Assembly: GCA_963702845.1 (NCBI GenBank)
Contig: OY969763.1
Location: 3,456,001-3,520,000 of the forward strand
Direction: 5' to 3'
Length of the DNA stretch: 64,000 nt
Source of the DNA: an uncultured Verrucomicrobiae bacterium
GTDB taxonomy: Bacteria; Verrucomicrobiota; Verrucomicrobiia; Limisphaerales; Palsa-1400
Below the pieces are notes generated by a model, which saw only the letters and a list, made by a program, of their open reading frames with translations, did not search any database and was not told where the DNA came from. Below, piece by piece: positions 46,329 through 55,833 of the stretch (the first letter of the stretch is position 1; each line of letters opens with the position of its first letter). A program made the translations under genes and the position numbers.

Positions 46329-46400
46329 GGCATAAAAAACGTGCCGCACTCAATGCCGGGCATTCATCCCGTTTTGATTTCGACCTTCCACCCAGTTATA
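46329..46400 (+). other. Degenerate/truncated attC of cassette 2
   Basis: GGCATAAA 6 nt after the stop, one mismatch from GGCATAAC (the complement of the cassette start GTTATGCC); no clear right arm. Confidence 0.45.
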
Positions 46401-46408
46401 GTGTCTGT

Positions 46409-46619
46409 ATGAAGAGCTGGATTGTCGCCGACGCCGAACATCTGGGCGGAAGTCTGCGGGTGCGCGGCACGCGGCATTTCCGTCGCTTTGATCCTCGAGT
46501 GCTTGGCCGCCAACATGACCATTCCACAAATCGTGGAAGCCTATCCAAGCCTTACTGAAGGTGCCGTTCGCGGCGCCCTCGCTGAATTCGCCGAAAAACA
46601 AGAATCATTGTCTGTTTGA
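46409..46619 (+). CDS. DUF433 family protein (putative antitoxin), frameshift near 46474
   Basis: IVADAEHLGGSLRVRGTR / ISVALILECLAANMTIPQIVEAYPSLTEGAVRGAL. Confidence 0.85.
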
Positions 46620-46700
46620 GTCATTTCACCTCGCTTTCCGAACCGAACTCTTTGTGTTCTTTGCGATCTCTGCGGTTAAATAAAGTTCTTCACTGCATCT

Positions 46701-46729
46701 TTGACAAAGCCGCTACTTCATTCCATAAT
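46701..46729 (+). promoter_or_regulatory. Sigma70-type promoter
   Basis: TTGACA-N17-CATAAT. Confidence 0.6.
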
Positions 46730-47148
46730 CATGCGCTATGAAGACAAACAGGCAGACACAACAGAAAACAAAGCGGACGCACCGACCAGCACAACTGATC
46801 GCGTTCGCCTGCCTGCGTTTGCACCCTGTAGCCCCCGCCCCATCTGCTATTTGCTATTTGCCATTTGCTTTCCCCTGCCACCGCTCAATCCCGTCGAAAA
46901 AGTCAGCAAAAGTCACTTGCTGTCACCTACTGCCGGCTACTGCCACCAAAAAAATATTTTTTAAAAACACCCCAAAAACCCACTTTCCTCCACGCCCGCT
47001 TGCATTTCATCACATTATGAACGCTGTTTTTTGCCCCGTTTTTGCATGCTTTTCGCGCACCTTCACGACACTCACCTCCAGCGTTGAATCGCAATTCTCT
47101 CGATTGCTATTCGGTCGCCATTCCGATATTTCTTGCTCGACCGTCTCT

Positions 47149-48654
47149 ATGACTCGACCCAACAAAAGCGCGTTCGTCTTCACGTACTCTCTCGTCTTGC
47201 TCGTTTGCTCGGCAATCTTTCTACAGGCTGCAACGGAAACACCGCCGCCAATTCCACGCGAGTTTCGCGGGGTTTGGGTTGCGACGGTGGCGAACATTGA
47301 TTGGCCGCTTAAGAAAGGGCTTTCCACAGCCGAACAAAAAGCTGCCATGGTCAAGATCATGGATGAAGCCGTCGCGATGCATCTCAATGCGGTCGTTCTC
47401 CAGGTGCGCTCGCAATGCGACGCCATTTATAAATCGTCTCTTGAACCGTGGTCGCCGTCGCTCACCGGCAAGATGGGACAGGCACCCAGCCCCTATTACG
47501 ATCCGCTCGACTTCGCCATCGCCGAAGCGCACAAGCGCGGGCTTGAACTGCACGCCTGGTGCAATCCATTCCGCGCCGGCATCAAAGCGTATTGCAGCAA
47601 CGCGCCCGCATCGCACGTCACGCGCAAACATCCTGAGTTCACTTTGGATTACGGCAAAATGTATTGGCTCAACCCCAACGAGCCGGCCGCGCAGGATTAT
47701 TCTTACAAAGTCGTGATGGACATCGTCCACCGCTATGACGTCGACGGCATTCACTTCGATGATTATTTTTTCCCCTACAAAGAAGAGGACGCGAACAAGA
47801 AAGAGATGCCCTTCCCTGACGAGCCGACCTACCAGCGCTACGTCGCGCGCGGCGGTAAACTCGACAAAGCCAACTGGCGCCGCGCCAATGTCGACGCCTT
47901 CGTCAAACGCGTGCACGACGGCATCAAACAACAAAAGCCGTGGGTGAAATTCGGCATCGCGCCATTCGGCATTTGGAAAAACGGCGTGCCGGTTAAAGTC
48001 AAAGCGACCGATTCCTACGACACACTTTTTGCCGACGCCCGCAAATGGATGCTCAGCGGTTGGCTCGATTACACATCGCCGCAACTTTATTGGAGGGTCG
48101 ATTATCCCGAGCGCAGCTACGCCACCTTGCTGCATTGGTGGGCGCAACAAAACACGCTCCATCGCAATGTTTGGCCCGGCCTATACGATAGTGCGGTCAA
48201 CGAACCGGATAAGGAACTCGGAGGCGTAAAAATCACGACGAACGACATCGTCCGCCAGGTCCAGATCGCGCGTAACGAACCGGGCGTGTCCGGCACCATT
48301 CATTACAGCATGGTCGCTCTTGAAAAAAATCGCGGCGGCCTCAAAGAAGCGCTCGCCCCGCTCTACGCGCAACCGGCGCTCGTGCCCGCTTCACCGTGGC
48401 TTGGGTATTCCGCAGTCAAACAACCCAGCATCAAAATCAGTCATGGCGAACACATCACGGCCAAATGGAGCGGCGGCGGTCATGTCTGGCAATGGGCCGT
48501 GCAAAAGAAAATCAACGGCAACTGGATCACCGAAATTTTCCCGGGTTCACAAACTTCGTGCGTTGTGAAGGAACCGGCCACAGCGATTGCCGTGACCGCG
48601 ATCGATCGCGTCGGGAACGCGAGCCAACCCGCAATCATTAAAAGCAATCAATGA
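47149..48654 (+). CDS. Glycoside hydrolase-like family 10 (GHL10/DUF187, YddW-like)
   Basis: REFRGVWVATVANIDWP, YDPLDFAIAEAHKRGLELHAWCNPFR, RYDVDGIHFDDYF, PQLYW; signal peptide from ATG 47149. Confidence 0.9.
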   Translation: MTRPNKSAFVFTYSLVLLVCSAIFLQAATETPPPIPREFRGVWVATVANIDWPLKKGLSTAEQKAAMVKIMDEAVAMHLNAVVLQVRSQCDAIYKSSLEPWSPSLTGKMGQAPSPYYDPLDFAIAEAHKRGLELHAWCNPFRAGIKAYCSNAPASHVTRKHPEFTLDYGKMYWLNPNEPAAQDYSYKVVMDIVHRYDVDGIHFDDYFFPYKEEDANKKEMPFPDEPTYQRYVARGGKLDKANWRRANVDAFVKRVHDGIKQQKPWVKFGIAPFGIWKNGVPVKVKATDSYDTLFADARKWMLSGWLDYTSPQLYWRVDYPERSYATLLHWWAQQNTLHRNVWPGLYDSAVNEPDKELGGVKITTNDIVRQVQIARNEPGVSGTIHYSMVALEKNRGGLKEALAPLYAQPALVPASPWLGYSAVKQPSIKISHGEHITAKWSGGGHVWQWAVQKKINGNWITEIFPGSQTSCVVKEPATAIAVTAIDRVGNASQPAIIKSNQ

Positions 48655-50103
48655 AACCCAGACTAATTTTAATAGCGCTGCTTGCGCTTACCGGATGTCA
48701 CACGCCGACGCTTCCGCCCCCACCGACGGTGCAACGCGAATTTCGCGCGATGTGGATTTGCACGGTCAACAACGCCGATTGGCCATCCAAGCGCACGCTC
48801 AGCACCGACGAGCAGAAAAAAGAACTGACCGATATGCTCGATCGCGCCGCCGAGCTCAAATTCAACGCGGTCATTTTTCAGGTCCGTCCCTGTTGCGATG
48901 CGATTTACGATTCACCGATCGAACCATGGTCGCAATATCTCACCGGCAAAATCGGCCAGGCGCCCGAACCCTATTACGACCCGCTCACCTTTGCAGTTGA
49001 AGAGTCACACAAACGCGGTCTCGAACTGCACGCATGGTTTAATCCTTATCGTGTCGGCATCGGCAAACTCACCAACGAAGTTCCCGCCAAGCACGTCACA
49101 AAAACGCATCCCGAACTCGTGCACGTTTACGGCAAGCATCTCTGGCTTGATCCCGGCGAACCGGCCACGCGCGAATACTCGCTCAGTGTCATCAAAGACG
49201 TCGTCCATCGTTACGACGTCGACGGGATTCATTTCGATGACTACTTTTATCCGTACCAGGAAAAGACGAACAAAGACGACAAAGTTTACATTCCCTTTCC
49301 AGACGACGTTTCGTGGAAAAACTATCAAGAGCAACGGCGGCACACTTGGACGCGAAGATTGGCGTCGCGATAACGTGAACAAATTTGTTCAAGAATGCGC
49401 TAGCGCAATTAAGGCCGACAAACCCTGGGTCAAATTCGGCATCAGCCCATTTGGCATTTGGCAGCCCGGTTACCCCAAACAAATCAAAGGCCTCAATTCC
49501 TACGCATCATTGTATTGCGATTCGCGCATGTGGTTGAGCAACGGAATGGTCGATTACCTCAATCCGCAACTCTATTGGCGCATCGATAAAAAAGAACAAA
49601 GTTTCCCGGTGCTCCTGAAGTGGTGGACCGAACAAAATCCGCAAGGCCGACATCTTTGGCCGGGCATGATCGTCAAAGGCCCCACCGAACTGACAAACCA
49701 GATCGCCGTCACCCGCGCTCAACCTGGAACAACGGGCCACGTCATCTTTAAAGCCACCAGCGTGGTCAACAGCACCAATGGCGTCGACGCCGCTTTGGCG
49801 GAAGCTTACACAGTCCCTGCCCTCATCCCCACGACTCCCTGGCTCGGGACCAACACGCCAGCCGCCACCGAACTGTCGCTCAAACGCAAACGTTACGAAG
49901 TTAAACTCGCATGGAAACCGCTCGATGACGCCCGCTGGTGGCTGGTTCAGCAACAGCTCGGCTCGAATTGGACCACCGAAATTTTGCCCGGCTCCGAAAC
50001 CAATTACGTCATCAAAGCGACCAATTCCGCCGCGTTGCCCGAGCACGTTTATATTTCAGCCGTTAATCGCCTCGGCAACATTGGCGGTTACGCGGCGAAA
50101 TAA
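48651..50103 (+). CDS. Second GHL10/DUF187 hydrolase, lipoprotein (frameshift near 49330)
   Basis: Lipobox LALTGC; REFRAMWICTVNNADWP, YDVDGIHFDDYFYPY; continues DWRRDNVN...FGISPFGIW...PQLYW in the next frame. Confidence 0.88.
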
Positions 50104-50160
50104 CGCGCGTTTGTTGACTTAATATTTGCATCACGCGCTGAGTAAGGTTTCACTAACGGC

Positions 50161-51963
50161 GTGATTGGCAGTCTCTTACAGCCCGAGCTCGTCGAGCTCA
50201 TTCGCGAGCGCAATTTCAATCAATTGCGCGAAATTCTCGTTGAGTTCCCGGCGGCTGACATCGCCGAAATTCTTGCCGACCTCAGCGGCGAAGACAAAGC
50301 GGTTCTGCTGCGCATTCTGCCACACGACCTCGCTGCCGACGTTTTCGAATATCTCAGTCTCGAAGATCAGGAACGACTTGTTCAAGCCCTGGGCACCGAA
50401 CACGTCGCACGCATCCTGAACGACATTCAGCCCGACGACCGCACCGCCTTGCTGGAGGAACTTCCTGGGCCGGTCACGCAGAGACTTCTCAACTTACTCT
50501 CGCCCGAAGAACGTAAAGTCGCCTCCGACCTGCTCGGCTATCCGAAAGATTCGATCGGCCGTCGCATGACGCCCGAATACATCGCGATCAAAAACAATTG
50601 GACTGTCGGCGATTGCTTCGTCCACTTGCGTCGTGAAGGTAAAAGCCGCGAGGAAGTTTTGAGCCAGCTGTATGTCGTGGACGAAAAAGATCGTCTCGTG
50701 GATTTAGTTCGGCTGCGCAATCTCGTCGTCGCCGACCCAGCGACGCCGGTGACTGATTTGCTCGAAGGCCAAACGTATCCACTGCGTGCCAGCGACGATC
50801 AGGAAACCGCCATCGCGACTTTCAAGAAATATGACATGACGATGTTGCCGGTCGTCGATTCGCAAGGCGTCCTCGTTGGAGTGCTGACGATTGACGACGT
50901 GCTCGACTTGCTCGAACGCGAGACGACGGAAGACATCCAAAAACTCGGCGGTTCCGAAGCGCTGGACGAGCCTTACCTCACGATTGCGCTTCCGCGAATG
51001 ATCCGCAAACGCGCGCCATGGCTGATCATTTTGTTCCTGAGCGAAATGCTCACGACCACCGCGATGGGCTTCTTCGAAGACGAGATCGCCCGTGCCGTCA
51101 TTCTCGCGTTGTTCCTACCACTGATTATTTCCAGCGGCGGCAACTCCGGCTCTCAAGCGACGACTCTTATCATTCGCGCTATTGCAATCGGCGAAGTCAA
51201 ACTCTCCCATTGGTGGCGCGTTATGCGTCGCGAAATTTTCACCGGGTTAACGCTTGGCGTTATTCTCGGCGTCATCGGATTTTGTCGCGTCAGCGTCTGG
51301 CATTTTGCGTTTCACGCCTACGGTCAATACTGGTGGCTTATCGGGTTCACCATCTGTGTGTCCCTGATTGGTGTCATTATGTGGGGTTCACTCTCCGGTT
51401 CGATGCTTCCTTTCGTCTTGAAAAGATGCGGCCTCGATCCCGCCACTGCATCGGCGCCGTTCGTGGCAACGCTGGTCGACGTCACTGGCATTGTGATCTA
51501 TTTCAACGTCGCGTTTTTCGTTTTGGGTGGGAGCCTGCTCAAGGCACCCGCTCCTGGGGTTAAGGAATTCGGTCATAAACCATCCACCGAAATGGTCGCA
51601 AGCATCCTAGGACTTGATGAGCAATGGAACGTTACCAAGGTCGAACTCGACAGCAAACGCGACGTCCTAGTCGTCCAAATCGTGGACACACGCACTTTTG
51701 GCAAGGACTTTCATTGCAAAGATGGTGGAGGAATCGAAGTCGTTGGTCACAGTCCAATGAAGAAATGGAGCTACCCCGATGCATTCGGCCATCATGTCGA
51801 AATCGAATCTGAACTTCCCGAGGTGCGTTGCAAAAATAATCCTCAGGAAAAAATCGTCTATCCCGAAAAAATTCCCTGGGAAGATAAAGGTAAACCTCTT
51901 AGCCAATATTCTCCGCGGAACACGCTCGACCTTTTCTACAACTCATGCGCCTCGCCTGCATAA
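50161..51963 (+). CDS. mgtE: Magnesium transporter MgtE with a ~125-aa C-terminal extension
   Basis: MgtE N-domain, CBS pair (SIGRRMTPEY, GVLTIDDVLD), PLIISSGGNSGSQ, DPATASAPFVATLVDVTG. Confidence 0.92.
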   Translation: MIGSLLQPELVELIRERNFNQLREILVEFPAADIAEILADLSGEDKAVLLRILPHDLAADVFEYLSLEDQERLVQALGTEHVARILNDIQPDDRTALLEELPGPVTQRLLNLLSPEERKVASDLLGYPKDSIGRRMTPEYIAIKNNWTVGDCFVHLRREGKSREEVLSQLYVVDEKDRLVDLVRLRNLVVADPATPVTDLLEGQTYPLRASDDQETAIATFKKYDMTMLPVVDSQGVLVGVLTIDDVLDLLERETTEDIQKLGGSEALDEPYLTIALPRMIRKRAPWLIILFLSEMLTTTAMGFFEDEIARAVILALFLPLIISSGGNSGSQATTLIIRAIAIGEVKLSHWWRVMRREIFTGLTLGVILGVIGFCRVSVWHFAFHAYGQYWWLIGFTICVSLIGVIMWGSLSGSMLPFVLKRCGLDPATASAPFVATLVDVTGIVIYFNVAFFVLGGSLLKAPAPGVKEFGHKPSTEMVASILGLDEQWNVTKVELDSKRDVLVVQIVDTRTFGKDFHCKDGGGIEVVGHSPMKKWSYPDAFGHHVEIESELPEVRCKNNPQEKIVYPEKIPWEDKGKPLSQYSPRNTLDLFYNSCASPA

Positions 51964-53348
51964 TCCTGCTCGCGCTCGTCTTGCGAGCAACCGCAGCAAC
52001 CGACGACGGCTATCGCGGCATTTGGTATTTCAACCAGGCCTCGCACGACGAATACAAATATAAATACAGCGGCGGCTTCGCGACTTACCCTCAGCAACAC
52101 GAGCCCATGGCCATCTACGCGCCTGCTGTTAAGAAAACTTTCTTCTGTTACGGCGGAACCACCGCTCGCAGCGCGGCCGACAAACAGGAACTGCTGCACA
52201 TGGTTTCATATTTCGACCACGTCACGCACCAGGTTCCCCGGCCCACAATTCTGCTGAACAAGAAAACCAATGACGCACACGACAACCCGACGATCGCGAT
52301 CGACGACGGTGGTTACATTTGGATTTTTTCGGCGTCGCATGGCACCGGTCGTCCGTCCTACATCCATCGCAGCAAGAAGCCTTATTCCATCGACGACTTT
52401 GATCGCATTCTGACGACGAACTTCTCCTATACGCAGCCGTGGTGGTTGCCGCACGATGGATTTGTTTTTCTGCACACGCGTTACAACAGCGGAACAGAAG
52501 GCACCACAGGCACGCGAGGTCTGCATTGGATGACCAGCCCGAACGGTACGAATTGGAGCGCGCCCAAACTACTCGCGAATATCGAAATGGGTGATTACCA
52601 GGTCAGTTGGCCGCATTCGAACACGCTCGCCACCGCCTTCGACTTTCACCCGAAACCGGGAGGACTCAACGCCCGCGCCAATATATATTATCTGCAAACC
52701 TCCGACGCAGGCCACACCTGGCAAACAATTGACGGCAAAGCCTTCAACACTCCTGCCCTGCAAACTAACAACGCCGCGCTGATCTACGACTCGCGCAAAG
52801 ATCATCGCCTCGTCTATCTCAAGGACCTCAATTTCGATGCCGCTGGTCATCCCGTAATTCTTTTTCTCACGAGCAAAGGATACGAGTCGGGGCCGAAGAA
52901 CGGACCGCGCGTTTGGAAAACGGCACGCTGGACAGGTTCACAATGGGAAGTGCGCGATATGACGACTTCCAATAGCAACTACGACCACGGCTCTCTTTAT
53001 ATCGAGCCCGATGGCACCTGGCGCGTCATCGCTCCCACCATTGCCGGACCGCAGCCATACAATCCCGGCGGCGAAATGGTGATGTGGACCAGTTCCGATG
53101 AAGGTAAAACCTGGAACAAAGTAAAACAACTGACCCACGACAGTCCTCTCAACCAGACTTACGCGCGACGTCCGCTCGACGCCGCGCCAGAATTTTACGC
53201 GCTCTGGGCCGATGGCAATCCGCGTCAGCCTTCGGAATCACATTTATACTTCACCGACAAAACCGGTTCGCATGTGTGGCGTATGCCAGCGAAAATGACT
53301 ACGGAAATGGCAACGCCAGAAGAAGTTGTCTTTCCGTCGTCTCATTGA
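51945..53348 (+). CDS. Secreted BNR-4 / Asp-box repeat protein
   Basis: Signal peptide; DAHDNPTIAID, TSDAGHTW, SSDEGKTW, TSPNGTNW. Confidence 0.85.
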   Translation: MRLACIILLALVLRATAATDDGYRGIWYFNQASHDEYKYKYSGGFATYPQQHEPMAIYAPAVKKTFFCYGGTTARSAADKQELLHMVSYFDHVTHQVPRPTILLNKKTNDAHDNPTIAIDDGGYIWIFSASHGTGRPSYIHRSKKPYSIDDFDRILTTNFSYTQPWWLPHDGFVFLHTRYNSGTEGTTGTRGLHWMTSPNGTNWSAPKLLANIEMGDYQVSWPHSNTLATAFDFHPKPGGLNARANIYYLQTSDAGHTWQTIDGKAFNTPALQTNNAALIYDSRKDHRLVYLKDLNFDAAGHPVILFLTSKGYESGPKNGPRVWKTARWTGSQWEVRDMTTSNSNYDHGSLYIEPDGTWRVIAPTIAGPQPYNPGGEMVMWTSSDEGKTWNKVKQLTHDSPLNQTYARRPLDAAPEFYALWADGNPRQPSESHLYFTDKTGSHVWRMPAKMTTEMATPEEVVFPSSH

Positions 53349-53382
53349 ATACTGCGGCCCGTCAAATCTTCAAACATCCAGA

Positions 53383-54654
53383 ATGACTGCCGGCCGACTA
53401 CTCGCGCTAATCTGGATTTTGACACTCCCTTTCACTGCGAGCGCTGGCTCAAGATATAATGAACCGTTCCCGCGCGCGGCTTCGAAGAAAGGTCTCCAGG
53501 TCGAGATGATCGATGACGCGCTCGCCCTGGGCGTCAAACATGCGGCGCTCAACTTCGATCTCGCCCGGCTTGTTGATCCAGTCGGAGCGCCGGAGAACCC
53601 CAGCTACGAACTCAACGGAAAAACTTATCACTTCCGCCGCGCCTACGTCGAATCGATGGACAACCGCATCAAAGCCCTCTCCGACCACGGCATCCTCGTT
53701 TACATCATCGCCCTCGCCTATCAATCGAACGATCCTCAAGTCGATCGTTTGATGCTCCATCCGCGACGCGCTACGAATCTTCCCAACGGCCTCGCCGCCT
53801 TCAACACAATTACGGACGAAAGCCGCGATTGGTTCCAGGCCAGCCTCGAATTCGTCGCTGAGCGCTGGTCGCGACCAGACCAACATTTTGGTCGCGCCGT
53901 GGGTTACATTATTGGCAATGAAGTAAACTCCCACTCGGCCTGGTATAACATGGGCCCGGCCACCATGGAGCAATTTGCCGATGACTATCTCCGCACTGTT
54001 CGCCTCGCCCACACCGCCATTCGAAAACAATCCTCATCGGCGCGTGTCTATATTTCCCTCGAACACCATTGGAATATTCATTACCCGGCGATGAGTGATA
54101 AGGAAAGTTTCGCCGGCCATCCTTTTCTCGAATACTTCGCACGCCGCGCCAAAGAAGGCGGCGATTTCGACTGGAACCTCGCTTTCCATCCCTATCCCGA
54201 AAACCTATTCGAACCGCGTTTCTGGAACGACAAATCCGCCACCACCAGCACCAACACCGCTCGTATCACTTTCAAAAATCTCGAGATGCTCACGCGTTTC
54301 ATGAACCAGCCGGCCATTCGTTATCACGGCAAACCGCGCAGCATCATTCTCAGCGAACAAGGCTTCCACACTCCCGACGGTCCTGATGGCCAAAAAATCC
54401 AGGCGGCCGCTTTCTGTTACGCCTATAAAAAAGTCGAATCGCTGAAAGGCGTCGACGCCTTCATCCTCCATCGTCACGTCGACAATGCGAACGAAGGTGG
54501 CCTCATGCTCGGCCTGCGCGGCTTGACACCAGCCAACGGTGAACAACGTCCGAAAAAATTTATCTACGATTGCTTCCTCGCTGCCGATATGCCCGACTGG
54601 AAAAGCAAATTCCAATTCGCTCTTCCAATCATCGGGTTGAAAAGTTGGCGGTGA
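53383..54654 (+). CDS. DUF5722 domain protein (clan GH-A-like TIM barrel)
   Basis: SKKGLQV, YIIGNEVN, AFHPYP, ITFKNLE, IILSEQGF; signal peptide. Confidence 0.8.
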   Translation: MTAGRLLALIWILTLPFTASAGSRYNEPFPRAASKKGLQVEMIDDALALGVKHAALNFDLARLVDPVGAPENPSYELNGKTYHFRRAYVESMDNRIKALSDHGILVYIIALAYQSNDPQVDRLMLHPRRATNLPNGLAAFNTITDESRDWFQASLEFVAERWSRPDQHFGRAVGYIIGNEVNSHSAWYNMGPATMEQFADDYLRTVRLAHTAIRKQSSSARVYISLEHHWNIHYPAMSDKESFAGHPFLEYFARRAKEGGDFDWNLAFHPYPENLFEPRFWNDKSATTSTNTARITFKNLEMLTRFMNQPAIRYHGKPRSIILSEQGFHTPDGPDGQKIQAAAFCYAYKKVESLKGVDAFILHRHVDNANEGGLMLGLRGLTPANGEQRPKKFIYDCFLAADMPDWKSKFQFALPIIGLKSWR

Positions 54655-54748
54655 CGTATCAGGAGGATTTCAAAAACGAAAGACGCTAAGATGCAAAAGC
54701 GCAAAGAGGATTTGAGGGTCAGAACTCAGTAAAAATCACTTAAACTTT

Positions 54749-55579
54749 TCAGAGGCTGTTCGTCTGGATGTTCGGTGGTTTATAAAACAAAACCCAACTA
54801 CCAGTGGCCGAACCAACATCGATCGTTGCGCGCGCATTCTGAAGTTTGAACGGATACCATTGCACGCGCCCGTCCTCGAAAAGGAAATTGCCGCCCACTG
54901 GTACGTTCGCGGCATCACGATGGCTCGCGGTTGGAAAATACGTTGTGCCATTGAGCGATGCCGACCACGCCAACGATCCCGTGCCCGCGCTGATATTCCA
55001 CGAGCCGGTTGCCTGGAGCCGATCACTCATGATCGGCGCGTTTCGAAACTGCCCGCCCAGTTTCTTCTTGAAGTGCCAATCAGGCACGCCCGCCGACGCA
55101 TAGTCCCAGGTATTTCCCGCGTTGTTTTCCCGTGCAAACATCGAAAAATATCCGATCAACTGTGCGGTGGTATCGGTACTGATCGTCGTTTCGGCTGCGC
55201 GATGCCACTCGTCCGTCGGACAATAAAGAACATCCTGCCGCGTGCGCTCGTGTTGCGTCGTGCTGCGCCGATTCGGATTTAGATAACCTTGGTAAAACGG
55301 GTTCAGATCAGGCGACATCCAACTTAAGTCACGTCCTTTCGAATTATCCGGAAAATAATTCCGGTTCTCGCCCGCGTACAAATTAATAGCTGTCCCCCAC
55401 TGCTTGAGATTGCTCATGCACTGCGCTTTGACCGCGCTGCTTTTTGCGCGTGCCAACGCCGGCAATAACATGGACGCGAGAATGGCAATGATTGCGATGA
55501 CGACGAGCAATTCGATCAACGTAAAGCCCAGTTCGCGCGGAGACGCGCGCTCACTCTGATCGGTCGGGGACATGACCAA
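54749..55579 (-). CDS. Prepilin-type N-terminal cleavage/methylation protein with H-X9-DG-type motif
   Basis: [40 protein letters not shown]...[11 protein letters not shown]. Confidence 0.9.
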   Translation of the reverse strand: MVMSPTDQSERASPRELGFTLIELLVVIAIIAILASMLLPALARAKSSAVKAQCMSNLKQWGTAINLYAGENRNYFPDNSKGRDLSWMSPDLNPFYQGYLNPNRRSTTQHERTRQDVLYCPTDEWHRAAETTISTDTTAQLIGYFSMFARENNAGNTWDYASAGVPDWHFKKKLGGQFRNAPIMSDRLQATGSWNISAGTGSLAWSASLNGTTYFPTASHRDAANVPVGGNFLFEDGRVQWYPFKLQNARATIDVGSATGSWVLFYKPPNIQTNSL

Positions 55580-55833
55580 TATTTACTCTGCCAACCGCGC
55601 TGGAGCAAGACGTACTATCAACCAAAAGAAGGTCGGTCGCTTCCTCAGCGCCCGTCAATTTTGTAATCGGGCACACAAATAACAGTTAGGTAAGTCACCG
55701 ATAGCGCCACACGAATTAATCTGATAACTGTAATATCCACTGGCTGCGAAAGTTGCAGTTGTAATTTACGCCGCTCTATGATTGAATAGGAACTGCAAAT
55801 ACTGACCCGTTGAGGCACATTTTTAATCCTGTC

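Noticed and set aside
41671..46619. Complete prophage
   Set aside because: Only terminase genes are present; no portal, capsid, tail, lysis, integrase or Mu transposase
46738..47148. 137-aa N-terminal extension of the first GHL10 ORF
   Set aside because: Low-complexity, non-protein-like sequence; a signal peptide starts at ATG 47149
54749..55579. Pilin as the dedicated subunit of the secretin cluster
   Set aside because: About 18 kb away and unlinked; such pilin-like genes are typically numerous and scattered in this lineage
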